DNA of 64,000 nt from the human T2T-CHM13v2.0 reference genome, Homo sapiens. The DNA is taken from the NCBI RefSeq assembly GCF_009914755.1, contig NC_060942.1. The stretch is one strand, 5' to 3'. Shown piece by piece: positions 1 through 12,727 of the stretch. How positions within the stretch are numbered: the stretch's first letter is position 1; each line of letters opens with the position of its first letter. Under the pieces are notes generated by a model. The model saw only the letters and a program-made list of their open reading frames with translations. It was not told where the DNA came from and searched no databases. Both the position numbers and the translations under genes were made by a program.

Positions 1-485
1 TTCTGATGAATACACTGCTGTTCTACAGTATTTTTCCTTCTGTTATGGTGAGTTTGCCTGATTTTTCTTAATTCATTTAGGGTGGTTCCCAATGATTGCC
101 TTTAAAATCTACCTGTTTAATAGCCAGCCTTGTAATTTTGCCAGTGAGGAATGTTAAGCTCCCTGAAGGTAACTGGATATTGTTTTCATGTTTTCTGTCC
201 TGGGCTTCTTATCCTTTAATAGATGTCCTGCACATTCTTGTAAAAGATTTTTTTTTTTTTTTTTTTTTAGAAAAGAACAGCTGCAAAATAGGGTTGAGTC
301 CTGCCTGTTCTCTGTAACCTGCCAATATTACCTGACTTTGAGTTGCTGCCAACATCTGTGACTGTAGCATTCCCAGTTCTCTCCCCACGCACATTACAGG
401 GATTTCTCCATCATTGTCCTGTTGACATTTGACTTTGCAAATCTGTTCAAGTTCTCATTTAGGTTGAGCATGTAGAGTAAATATG

Positions 486-1098
486 TGTAGGGGCCAAAGG
501 AAAAGCTTCCCTTTGTCCTCTAAAGGTTTGCTGAAAAATCAACTGATAAAGGGCAGATTAATAGGAGAAATGACGTACAAATTTTTTAGTATGCATGAGC
601 GGAAATTGCACAGTCATTGCTCCATCTCCCAATAGGGTACAGATACTCATATACTTTACTTCTAAGGGGAAAGGGAGATGGGGAAGTGGGGATAATTTTA
701 AGGGGTGGTAAATAATTTTTAGGAGAATTCAATGGGCTTGAAGAACATACATTGGCCTGGGACAAAATCTGTTGAGCCTGCAGAGCAGACAATGGCTTTT
801 GACAAAAGTCCGTTGACAGTCTTTAGCCTTTCTTCCTGCAATATGAGTTCAATTACTGAAAACTCAGGGAAGGAATCAGAGATAATTGTTTTCTTCTTTG
901 GCAGGTCCAGATGTTAGGCAGATAAGGGAACTTCAGATAACAATTTCATACTGTCCTTTGGGAGAGACAGGATTAAGAGATAGTGGGAGCTGTGGTCAGG
1001 GGTCGGGGAGTGGAGATGAGAGAGACCTTGAGGCTTCTTCTTCAGTTGAGCATGTCAACATGCCATTTTTGGGGGGTATTAGTTTCTGAACCCCAACA
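486..1098 (-). mobile_element. Solo ERV1 LTR, MER39/MER34-like
   Basis: TG...CA ends (tgtaggggcc...ccccaaca); 4-bp TSD tatg/catg; shares the block ctgaaggttt-ctgaaaaatcaactga-ggcagattaataggagaaa with the LTRs at 11519 and 29337. Confidence 0.8.
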
Positions 1099-1686
1099 CA
1101 TGGAAGTAGCACAGTTGATAACTTGTGTCAGATTAATGTATTTAAAGACAATCCTAAATAGGGATTCCATTCTCTCCTTGGAGGAACCTTTCTTGAAATA
1201 AGACAAATTTATTTATCTTCTAAGCATATTTATGTTAGCAAGAGACTGAATGTAATATTCAGGGGAATATACTTAGTTTCATTATTTTTTCTTCCTGTAT
1301 AAAACACAGGTTGGAAAGGACATTTGTCATAAGAGGACTTTTTCCCCCAAGTCATTGTCTGTGCATTAATCTTCGGAATGTGATGGACCATGTGAAACAT
1401 TGTAATTTGTCTATGGGATAAAGTCCAATGGGAATCCAGAAAGCCATTCATGCAGAAACACTCTGGGAGGCCTGTGTAGGCCAACTTTGAATACATATTT
1501 AGTCCTTTCATCTTTGGCAACAGCCAACTACTCTTTTATGAAACCCTGCCTTGTTATTTTCAAAGAGTTTATTATTAAAATTGAGCTAAGCACAGTTCTG
1601 TATTCACCATCTGGTAGAAGGTGGATCGCTGCTGGTATGTTTACAAACTACCTTACTTACTCTTTATCACTGGCTTATACCTAGAA

Positions 1687-1714
1687 AATATATACATATA
1701 TATATATATATATT
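1687..1714. repeat. (TA)n microsatellite
   Basis: atatatacatatatatatatatatat. Confidence 0.85.
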
Positions 1715-1973
1715 TATTGTTTTTATGTAAACATACTGGGTGACAATATGGTATTCAGCTTGGTCAATATTTGGTGTAATGAATCAATAGAAGAAATATT
1801 TACATTTTTCCCAGTGGCTAATGTATAGGCATTTTTACAACTTCTGACTAAGTCAAACCAATTGATTGTCCTTGTATACACAACAGTATTTACGTGGTGT
1901 CTGGGTTCCAGGGACCTTTTCCTATCTACCCATATGGTGCCCAGATATCAGTTTGAATGAAAAGCCTAGCCAA

Positions 1974-2739
1974 CATTAGGGCTCAGGAAAAAATACTGGA
2001 AAGTATTGTGCTTTGGCATGCTGAGCACTTTGAATTAAAATAAATGGGAAACGTTAGGGGCTGCCTCAGAACCAAAAACTTTCTGTCCTTCTCTTGTTTG
2101 TCCTCTCTCAAACTTGGGCAGGTATTCTGTCTGGAATTTCCTTATCTGACTGAGGAAACTTCTTTCTAAAAGAAGCGCCATTGTCCTAAACCTGGTTCCC
2201 TCAGAATCCCATTGCAAAAGCAGGAAAGATTAATCACAAAAGAAAAGAAGATACTAAAAATCCTCAACACACCCAGTCAGAGTTTTCATCCATTCTTCTA
2301 AGGGCATCTTCCAGAGATTACCTAAGAGACTTTATCTATATAATAAGGCAACATTTGTTCACAGGACACTTCCACCCCTCAACTTCCTGTAACTTGCCAT
2401 TCCCATTCAGTTTCCAAAGGAACCATTTAAAAATTATTGTCTGTATTTTGGGCCCATTAAACTCTACTAAAAAATCATTGACTATCTGGGAAAATTGTCT
2501 ACATACTCCCATCTCCCCCTCACCTATGAAGAGGGTGCATTTAAACCTCAGCTCTCTGGCCCTTCTTTGAGTCTCATAGTTTTTATGGTTCCTGGGCTCA
2601 TGTACATTAATATATGTGTATGCCTTTTTTGCCTGTTAATGTTTCTATTGTCAGTTTCTTTCAACAGAGTTGAACTTTCAGAGGGAAAGGAAAATTTCTC
2701 TTCACTCCTATGAAAGGAAAATTTCTCTTCACTCCTATA
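1974..2739 (+). mobile_element. Solo ERV1 LTR, MER39-like
   Basis: Starts with a decayed tgttggggctcag-like end followed by ctttggcatgctgagcactttgaattaaa; perfect 4-bp TSD CCAA (1970-1973 and 2740-2743). Confidence 0.8.
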
Positions 2740-4157
2740 CCAATCAGCTATATATTTTGTTGATACAGTAAAAATAGTAAATAGTAAATAATAAACTTTC
2801 ATATTTTCAGGAATTTGTTTAGGAAGAATATTTGAATAAACTGGATATTTTGCTTAATTAGCAATTATCACACTATAAATATTATATGCATCACACAGAT
2901 GATTATTTTCCAGATAAATAGGGTACAATGGAATTAATGTATCACTAAAATTCTGTTAAAAATCATTGACAACCTGATTAAAAATTCGAAGACCTTTCAA
3001 AGCTTTAGGTTCACCATTCTAAATATATATTTAATTACCAAGAATCTTAGATAGAAGCAGGGATTATGTGGTGGTAGAATTTTATTTGCAAATTCTGGAA
3101 TATATCCTGGAAGTTGCTTTGTTTCTCTAATAAATTCCACAGGTCAGGTTTGTGACTTGATTATAAGAGCCAAGTTATGCAAGAACAAAATCAAATCAGA
3201 TATTTGAATTCTAGGTCAAGAGAGAGAATGATATGAGAATAATTTAGCTTTATTTTAAGATATAGATGATTTGGACTATAATCAGAGTTCCCACAATAGG
3301 ATGTGAGGTGAGGTGTTTTTTTTGCTGGTCGTAAGTGCTTATGAAAGGTAATAAACCCTAAGCTTTTCAAGGACAGTCACCAAGATGTAAACAATTGTTG
3401 CTGTTTTATGTATTATCCATGAGGATAAATGAGATGCATTACAATAGGAAAAGCTACTGCCTTCGCCTTCCAGACTGCGTCTTACAAGACCATTCAATCA
3501 AAATTCTCAGGGAATAGCACCTCTTCCAATGTTCAACTTAAATATATGTCTGTGAAATGCATTTGAAAGCTTAATGTGTGTCTTTTGGAGTGACCATTCT
3601 TTGAAGTTTCATTGTCCATTTCATTTCCAGGAATGGTAATACTTCACTTTATCTTTATAAGCACTGCCCCATCCTTGATCTTATTTGGTTTGCATAACTA
3701 TGTACTGTGGGGATAAAGTTATAATTCCTATGCACTAGTAAAACAAAAAAAAAAAAAAAAGAAAGAAAAAAGAAAATGTCTCTGAATCCAGTACAGGCAG
3801 GAAAGTTGTGTTTGGGAATCTACCAGGTAAGAAAGAGGCAGGTTAGCCAGCAAGAGAGAGAAATAATCACTTACGATTTCCTTAATGACTCACAAAAATG
3901 GCATTGGTCATTAAAATGCATTATACAGGTGTAGTTTTATTTAAGCCACATGTCAGTTTATCTTCTTTTTGTTATTTATTTTTCAACATTTTATTAACCA
4001 AGTATTACAGGCTAAGCATGGTTCTCATCACTGGAATAGCTACCGCCTGTGCTGCTGTTCCAACTAGAGGAGAACCATGATCAGTCACTCCAACCATGAG
4101 TACCAGCATAGAAACTCCTCTCCACCATTGTATCCAGATGCAGGGGTCCCTGTGGTT

Positions 4158-4857
4158 TGTAAGAATAAATAAGAATAAAAAATAAGAGGCTCAATTCTCC
4201 TCGTCAAATATAAGGGAGGAGACTTCTCTCTGCCTCCTTTTGTTAGGTGATTTACTATAGAAAACTTGTAAATTCTTTCTCTATCTCTTTAAAATGTATG
4301 TTTAGCTTCTTAGAAATTAAATAAGGCTCCTGCCAGCGTTATGACCCAGGAATGTCTTTTTCAAGAACCTGGGAGCCCTCTTTTTGAAATGGAAACATCA
4401 AGGGAGACAGTACCCTGTAGCCCGATTTCTGTGGGAGGGTAGGAGCCTAACTTCAGTGGGTGCCTGGCTCCAAGCTGCAAAACTACCTTCTGTCAAGAAG
4501 ATATGGAAAGTTTATTTTTCTTTTGTATAAAACCAATTAACTAACACAGATGGTCACCCCAATTAACAGGTAAATTTAGGATAAACTATATGTAATAAAT
4601 GGCACTGTCAAATCCTCTTACTGGAGGACTAATTATTGTCTATTTAGAGATTCTGTAGATAATGAGTTTTATCTGGTCGGCTTTATAAAAGGGTTAGATT
4701 TCTTTCTGTCTTTGCAATCTCTTAGTAGATTGCCTGTGATGTGTATCACATTCTGGTTTAATGCTTATTCAATAATAAAACTGTTTTCTTTACTATCTTT
4801 ATGGAGAGGTTTTCTGGGTTGGGGGCAGATTTTGTTTTTAATTATATTTATCCAACA
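4158..4857 (+). mobile_element. Solo ERV1-class LTR (subfamily not determined)
   Basis: tgtaag...tccaaca ends; TATA-like tttataaaa at ~4682; AATAAA at ~4774; resembles MER4-group LTRs. Confidence 0.65.
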
Positions 4858-5712
4858 ATCTTATATGCAACTTTAAGGCCTTGTGGGAAAACATCCTAAT
4901 TAGGAGGTCAAATGAGGTAGAAAGAAACAATTCCAGGTCAGAGCAGGCATTGTTGTTACTCAGACTGAAGTGTGAGTCTTGGCTGACTGGTGGAGGCTCT
5001 GGGTAAAGGCACTAGTTACCACTTACATGAAAATGACAAAGCTATCCAGCAAGTTCTCCTTAGCGTGATCCCTTCCTTGGGCATTTAAAACATGTCCCTT
5101 ATACATGCTCTCTCTTTAGTCTCCTTTTTCAAGCACTTCTCAGACTATTGAATCTGTTCCACAAAAACTCTTCAGGACTGGGTTCCAGACTTTTCTTGGC
5201 CTCTCCATTCAAGACTTTAGCACCTACTCTACCCTGTAGTTAAATTAACTTTTTCTTTCATTCCTCAATGCATTTCCTTCTTATTTCCACAATTGTTCTC
5301 AAATGATCTTTCAAAGAGAGTTAAGAGCCAAATACTTCTTCTGACATCTGTTGAGTTGATCATATGGTTTTTATTTTGTTGATGTGGTATAAATTAAAAC
5401 AGAAGTCAAACCATTAGCAGCACAGGACTCATTTGAGGCTTTGATTTTCAAAAACCAAAGGACTTGACAAAGATACGGTGGTGGTACTGGTGATGTTGGG
5501 GACAATAGGGCGATTTCTCCGGTACAGGTAAATAATAAACAAAATTAAACATTAAAGTGTTATGTTTTTTAAAAAGTTGAATTTTCCAAGCCTTTTCCAA
5601 GTGCATTTAGATAATTGCTTTGCATTGCCTGAATCCACATGGGACTTTTTGGAACAGGATTTGTGTGCCTTGTAATTCACCCAGTCAAGACACATCTTCC
5701 CTTCTGTAACAG

Positions 5713-6105
5713 TGTTAAAAGAAAACCTTAGATAAATTAAAGGTAATAGAGTTTAATTGGGCAAAGAACAATTTGCATGAATCAAGGAGCCTCTCAAGCC
5801 AGTGTAAGCTCAGGGAGCCTCCAGTGCATCCATGTGGCAGAAGATTTATGGACAGAAAAGAGAAAGTGACATACAGAAAATGGAAGTGAAGTGCAGAAAC
5901 AGCCAGATTGGTTACAGCTTGGCGTTTGCCTTATTTGAACACAATTTGAACAGTTGGCTACCTTTAATTGTCCAAAGCTTGGTGATTGGCACAAGAGTAA
6001 GTTAGTCTGCTTACACGTTTAGTTAGGTTTACTATGTACAGAGGAACCTTTAGGCTGAACTTAAAATATGAAATGAGGCAGCTTTAGGCTAAACTTGATT
6101 TTACA
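5713..6105 (-). mobile_element. MER57 (MER57B-like) solo LTR
   Basis: Reverse complement matches remembered MER57 sequence: aagtttagcctaaagctgcctc...gttcaaataaggcaaacgcc...ttttcttttaaca. Confidence 0.85.
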
Positions 6106-6539
6106 ATAATTCAAGGCAATCTTCACAAATTTGGGCATTTCCTTACCTTGATGCTGTATTACATCTCAATAAAATTATACCTAAACATTCAAAAGCAATA
6201 AATTATGCAAGCAATATTTGTGCCATTTGGGTAAAGTATCATTTTATTATGTTTCTCAGTGTGACTTTTTATTACTTCATTTGTCTCCAATGCATTTCAT
6301 ACATAACAGACAAGGAGATTTTCTCTCTTAGTATCCACCTCCAAGCTACTTCATGGCTTCCAGATTTTGCTTTGGTGTTTTCCCAGACATAGAATGACAC
6401 ATTCTTCTCAATAACTTCCATATTAGGAGCTAGCACTGGATAGCCTTTAATAATGCCATTGTTTAATATTCACATTGACCATTTAGGTATAGTGTTTCCA
6501 CCTTTTTTCTACATGCTATAACGTATACCAGTTTATAAT

Positions 6540-6800
6540 AACAATAATGATAACGATAGTATATTTTGTCATTTTTTGAGCTTTTATAAAGTATAATAAA
6601 TTTCATGGTCATTTTATATACATGAGTTTATTTGAATTCTAAAACCGTATGAAATAGGTATGATTTATATCTCTACTATCCAGAAAGCAAAACTGAGGGT
6701 TAGTAAGTTGAAGTAACTTGCCCATGCTCACACAGTGAAGTACCCTATTTTGGGTACTTAGCCCCACTGTTAGATCCTTTAGTCATGCTGCCATACTACT
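6540..6800 (-). mobile_element. MIR SINE
   Basis: Core aaactgagggttagtaagttgaagtaacttgcccatgctcacacag. Confidence 0.7.
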
Positions 6801-6993
6801 GTAAAGTAGGTAGAGTTTTTGTTTAGTTACTAACCTTCCTTCAAAAGGGATTCAAGATAGCACTGTTATTCTTTTATTAAACAGAGAACTGGATCTGTAT
6901 TTCATAATAATTAAGGATGTAGCTTCTCTGTCTGAAGGCCTGTGTTAGTTGTTTCTATTACTGTTATGCTATTATTAAAAATAAGAAAAAAAA

Positions 6994-7128
6994 TTTAAAT
7001 TATACTTTAAGTTCTAGGGTACATGTGCATAACGTGCAGGTTTGTTACATATGTGTACATGTGCCATGTTGGTGTGCTGCACCTATTAACTCGTCATTTA
7101 TATTATACCTAATGTTATACCTCCCCCC
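6994..7128 (-). mobile_element. Severely 5'-truncated L1PA 3' end
   Basis: tatactttaagttctagggtacatgtgc... (L1PA 3' UTR); TSD aaaaataagaaaa (6977-6989) / aagaataagaaaa (7129-7141). Confidence 0.9.
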
Positions 7129-7480
7129 AAGAATAAGAAAATTAAAAATACTCCTTAAGTTTGGTAAGAGAACATTTCTAGTCAGGAGTGGGTCTTTTAA
7201 CCCAACAGATACCTTTTCTCTAGACTGTTGCAATAGAAGGAACAATTTTGTTCTTTGGAGGCTGTTATCCACAGAGCCATCCCAAATCACCAGCTTCATC
7301 CATTAACTCAAAATCAGTAATCTGAGAAGCAAAATGGGTTTGGTTTGTCTACTAAAGGGACAAACTTGTGATAAAAATATGAAATGAGTTCAAAATAGTA
7401 CCAGTGCAGACATAGACCTATTATTTTTTGACATTTGGCAATCTGGTAAAATCCAAATATTGTGTCATTTCAGTTAATAC

Positions 7481-7778
<298 letters not shown>

Positions 7779-8087
7779 TGGTTAATTCTTTTGGTTTCCT
7801 AATTTTAGACCTTCAGAACTCATTACAGGGATATCATATGGCATTTAAAGATAATAACCTCCAAGAATAAAATATTTAACTTAATCAGAATATTGAACAA
7901 TACTGAGTAATAATCTTTAATGGGCTACTACCTGAATCTGAAAAAGGAGGAATATCAGTCAAAGATACAAGAATAAAAGAAAATTGATACAGTCCATGAA
8001 AGCAAGAAATTGTCTTCTAACACTCAGGACTTAACATACAACCAATTAGCCCTATGAAAAGAAAACTCTGTCTTATCTGCCTAATAT

Positions 8088-9108
8088 TGATAGAGGCAGG
8101 AGGCAGAGAAATTCTAGGCAGACAGGGGGAGGTCCCTGGTGAAACTCCACCTTCAAGCCAAAGTAGCTTGAGACCTGCACCCAAAAGTGAGGACCTCTAT
8201 CCCTGTTTGCCCACTCTCTCCTGATTGGTTCTTTCTGAATAATATCTTTTTTACCAATTGAATGTTGCCTTTTCCAAAACCACCTCTGGCTTGCCCCACC
8301 CCCATCCTGTGTCTATAAAGACCCCAGGCTCAGTTGGTAGAGGAGAGATGGCTTGACTTTGGAGAGAAGACGGCTGGACTTCAGGGAAGAAGAGATGGCT
8401 TGACTTTGGGGGAAAGATGGCAGGACTTCAGGGAAGACTACCTGCTGGTCCCATACTCTTTCCAGCTCCCCTCTCTGCTGAGAGCCATTCCCACCTCTCA
8501 GTAAAATTCTTCACCTTCACCATCCTTCAAGTGTCCGCAGGATAATGCCCAAGCAACCAGCATGCATAGCAAGGAGGACTCTGGCAGAGATGGAGAGCTC
8601 AGGATGTTAACTAGAAGCCTAATTCTTCTTGGATGCCAGACAAGAGCTCAGGACCCACCGAGTGCAGGTACTCATAAAAAGGTTGTCACAATGGCCCTTT
8701 GCCCTCACTGGTGGACAGCTGCCCGACATGATGAGGCAAGGGGCCAACTGAGCTGTTAACACGTAGCTGTCTGTGGACGGCAGAACTCAAGGATCATTGT
8801 AATACCCCCTGTGGGGCCTTGGGGGTCACAGGTACCCCCCTAAACACACAGTTGGGCACTGCCCCATGGAGCTTGCTCTTGCTGGCACCCAGAGTGGCTT
8901 GCTGGGTCCTGCAGTATCTCACTGGTGCCTGGTCTGGCCATGGGTACTGTATGGAGCTTGCTCCTGCCAGCGCGAAGAGAGACCCTGGGCAGATCCAAAT
9001 TCACTTGCTCATGTGCTCCCTCCCACAAGGGGTTGAGCATGGAGAGCTGAGTAAATGGAGCCCCCCTGTCACAAGTCTGATGAAGACGCTGAGAAAAATC
9101 CTGCATCA
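8088..9108 (+). mobile_element. Solo ERV1 LTR, LTR27/LTR28-like (~1 kb), carrying a foreign 82-bp insert
   Basis: tgatagaggcaggaggcagagaaattctaggcag...gaaaaatcctgcatca; TSD atat/attt; tataaag at ~8314; internal tandem agagatggcttgactttgg...ggacttcagggaaga x2. Confidence 0.8.
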
Positions 9109-9639
9109 ATTTGATGACCACCCCTTAGCAAAATACATCCTGGTTTTCAATAGCAAATTATCTTTAATGCCTTACATGGGTTTTGCTACACTTCATTTTT
9201 AAACATAAAACAACAAACATACTATCCTGGAGAAAAGTTCATTTTTAGCAAAGCCGCCTTTTAATTCAGGTATAACACAGTGCCCCAAGACTCTTCTAAA
9301 TTTGTCCTGGTAGATATTTGCAGATCTACTTATCACAGTCACAGCATGAAGTAGTTTCTGATTTATGTGGTGAGCTTTAGACTTTTAGTATTTTCTCTCA
9401 TGGCCTCAATCCATGAGAAAGCGGGCCTGCATCACATTTAACACCAACATAGCAGTGTCGATAATGCCCAAGCAACCAACATGCATAGCAAGGAGGACTC
9501 TGGTGGAGATGGAGAGCTCAGGATGTTAGCTAGAAGCCTAAGCAGCATAAACTGAAAGATTTTTCAAATCTAGAGGATTTTTATATATTTGGAGGGGAAT
9601 AATGTATGCTGCTGAATTAGAAACCCAGATAAGATTTCA

Positions 9640-9725
9640 CTTATAAGTGGAGAATTACAGTTAAACTCTATGTATTTGGTATGATTTCAGCAAAAGGCTT
9701 TCAGAAGTTTTCCATGAGAGAGAAA
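9640..9725 (+). mobile_element. Possible L3/CR1 reverse-transcriptase relic
   Basis: gatttcagcaaaaggctttcagaagttttccatgag resembles the CR1 DFSKAFDKVSH coding motif. Confidence 0.35.
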
Positions 9726-10249
9726 ATGGGTTTCTCAGAGGTCTGGGTCAACCAGACCATAAAACTCAGCATCATTACTTTCCCACTATCTAGTACAGAA
9801 CCTGCCATAGTAAAGGTGATGATTACGACAATTTAGGTGTAACTCAAAGTCAGATCATGCTGTAGCTGCTTGTAAACTCTAGATTCCTAACTTCCACCAT
9901 ATCATCACTTCACACCTATGTTTTGCTTTGGATGGCACCCAAAATATTTCAAGCTGCTTTCCTATCCAATTTCTCATTTCTGGCTAGGGAGCCATGTTAT
10001 GTCCAAATCCTAGTAGAGGTTATTTTGGCTGAAGAGAGCCATGAAACAAGTTGTATATTTGTAATAGAGCATAAATACACTTTCTGAAGCCTAGGCAAAT
10101 GCTTGTCATGCTATTACATTGTATTTCTGCACATGCTAGATACTAGGTGCTCAGTAAATTTGCTGACAACTTTAGACAAATGAAATGGAAAAAGAATGAG
10201 GCTGTCATGTGGATGCTAGAGTGTTTATAACAAACCTTGGCCAGAAAAC

Positions 10250-10400
10250 ATTTATTTCTTCAGCAAATATTTACTGAGTATATACTATGTGGCAGACACT
10301 CGACTTAACGCTTAGATGTAGTCTTGGCACTGGGAGCTGAGAGTCTATTGTAGATAACACCCACATTAACAAAATAATTATGTTCTGGAGTGGTGGAAGC
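10250..10400 (-). mobile_element. L2 3' end relic
   Basis: tttcttcagcaaatatttactgagtatatactatgtggcagacact. Confidence 0.55.
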
Positions 10401-10959
10401 TGTACCAGAATGTGAGAAAACTCAGAGGACAACAAAGAAATGGCGTGGGGGTTTGGAAAGAGATTAATATAAGAGAGCAAAACCAGTCTCACAGAATTGT
10501 TTACCTTTTCTTCCTTTTCTTGTAACCTTTTTTTTTTTTTTTGGTGGTAGTTGTGAAATATAACATGCTTAAACAAAAGTGTGTAGAACAAAGATATACC
10601 ACATAGTGATTTATCATAAATTGAACATTTATGTTAAAAAGTGCTTTTCAAACTATCTGTAATGACAGACCAGATTTTGTTTTTGTTTTGTTTTTTCTAA
10701 TCCATCAGTTAAAAAATACAATTAAAATGAAACACTAAAAAAGGAAAAGGAAAACACATGTTTTTATAAAGATATAAACTTTTGAATAAACCAGTAGAAA
10801 AGAATTACCAGGAAAATAGAAGAGAAGGAACAAAGATAAACAAAATCCAGGTCAAAATTTTAAATTATTATATCCAACAGGCATAAAATTACTTGGTAAA
10901 ATAAAGTTTCTGAATATTTATTGTGAATTCCTGTACTTATGTGAACCCATGGACTAATC

Positions 10960-11518
10960 ATGGCAATTAAACAAGGTTCAATTGCTAAAGAAATTGACAG
11001 GACCCAAACTGACAAAGCTTACAAAAATGCAATCTGTTCCAGAAGAACATACAATATGGCAGTAGCACTGAAGTAAGGCTACACATCAGGGCCAGGCTGC
11101 CTCCCAGCAAGATGTCCAGAGAGACCAGATGCAGGTTCCAATTGTCTTACCTCTGTAGCATCATATTGGATACACTTTCTTTCGGACCATTAACATACAC
11201 ATTGAATATTTAGGCTCTGGGATCCCCAGATGGAATTTTGCTGGTGCTTCTTGTGCCCAGCTGGTCACATAGGCATATTCTTGCTATGTAACCAGTCCCA
11301 GTGACAGAGCTCTTCAGTGGTCATACTGGAACCAACTCTAAATCATTAATCTCAATGTTAACAATGAACAGTGCCGACAAGCTGGTACAAACCACCCTAA
11401 ACTCCTTAGACTCATGTTAACAAAAACACACTACAATCAGTACCTTGGTCAGCATCTTGCAGGTAATTTAGCAAAACAGCGCAGGCCAATTCCAGGCCTA
11501 TTGGAATTAACTTCACAG
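10960..11518 (-). mobile_element. Probable old ERVL-type LTR (MER21/MER68/MER77-like) inside the MITE
   Basis: Non-MITE sequence interrupting the MITE; weak resemblance only (ctaaatcattaat...acaagctggtaca). Confidence 0.3.
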
Positions 11519-12727
11519 TGTTGGAGCCAAAGGAAGACTTTCCTTTCATCCTCTGAAGGTTCACTGAAAATCACTGACAAGAGGCAGATTAATAGGAGAA
11601 AAAAGATGTAAATTTATTTGATTCTAGTTTTATGTGACACAGAAGTCTTCAGAATGAAGACCCAAAGATACAGGGGAAATTATCCATTTTATGCTTAGGT
11701 TCAACAAAGTATGGGCAGCTGTTTTTAAATATGATTGGACAAAAAGAGTCTGATCTTATCTTAACAGACTGAGCAGGGAAACCTAGCAAGGCCTGTGCTT
11801 CTAGTTTTTCTTGGCCTCTCTGAGCATGTATTTCTTCCTTCTGTGCATGGGGCAGGAATCTCTTTGGAATGAGGGTCTTATGACCTACAGTCAAACAAGG
11901 CAGGTCAGATAATTTCTTTTTGGCCAGTTTTTTTTGTTTTTTTTTTTTTATTTTTTTTTTATACTTTAAGTTCTAGGGTACATGTGCACAACGTGCAGGT
12001 TTGTTACATAGGTATACACGTGCCATGTTGGTTTGCTGCACCTATTAACTCATCATTTACATTAGGTATTTCTCCCAGTGCTATTCCTCCCCCAGCCCCC
12101 CACCCCATGACAGGCCCCAGGGTGTGATGTTCCCTGCCCTGGGTCCAAGTGTTCTCATTGTTCAATTTCCACCTATGACTGAGAACATGCAGTGTTTGGT
12201 TTTCTGTCCTTGTGATAGTTTGCTCAGAATGATGGTTTCCAGCTGCATCCATGTCCCTGCAAAGGACATGAACTCATCCTTTTTTTTACAGCTGCATATT
12301 ATTCCATGGTGTATATGTGCCACATTTTCTTAATCCAGTCTATCACTGATGGACGTTTGGGTTTGTTCCAAGTTGCGATTGTGAATAGTGTCGCAATAAA
12401 CATACATGTGCATGTGTCTTTATAGTAGCATGATTTATAATCCTTTGCGTATATACACAGTAATGGGATGGCAAATGGCCAGATTTTACCTGAAAGGTGG
12501 TGGGTGGGGGGGAAGTTAGAGTAAGATTTTTAGGTTTTATGGTGACCTTTGGGGAGAAAGCATTCTGGTTTTTATGACCCATCTTGGGGAAGAGAACTTC
12601 TATGGTTAACCTTCAAGGAGAAAGAGACTCAAAGACAGGAGGGTGGGAGAAGGTCAGAGAAAAACTTTTGCTTCTGAGGCTGTTTCTGAGGCCTTCATTT
12701 TGGTGTATGGTTTTCTGAGTCCCCAAA
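11519..12727 (-). mobile_element. MER39-like solo LTR interrupted by an L1PA
   Basis: tgttggagccaaagg...ttttctgagtccccaaa; perfect TSD ACAG (11515-11518 and 12728-12731). Confidence 0.82.
11928..12472 (-). mobile_element. 5'-truncated L1PA (PA7-like)
   Basis: Poly-T tail then atactttaagttctagggtac...ataggtatacacgtgcc; TSD tggccag(a)tttt on both sides. Confidence 0.92.

Noticed and set aside
8345-8437. Two ~47-bp tandem units in the LTR
   Set aside because: Internal tandem units are, as I recall, normal for this LTR group
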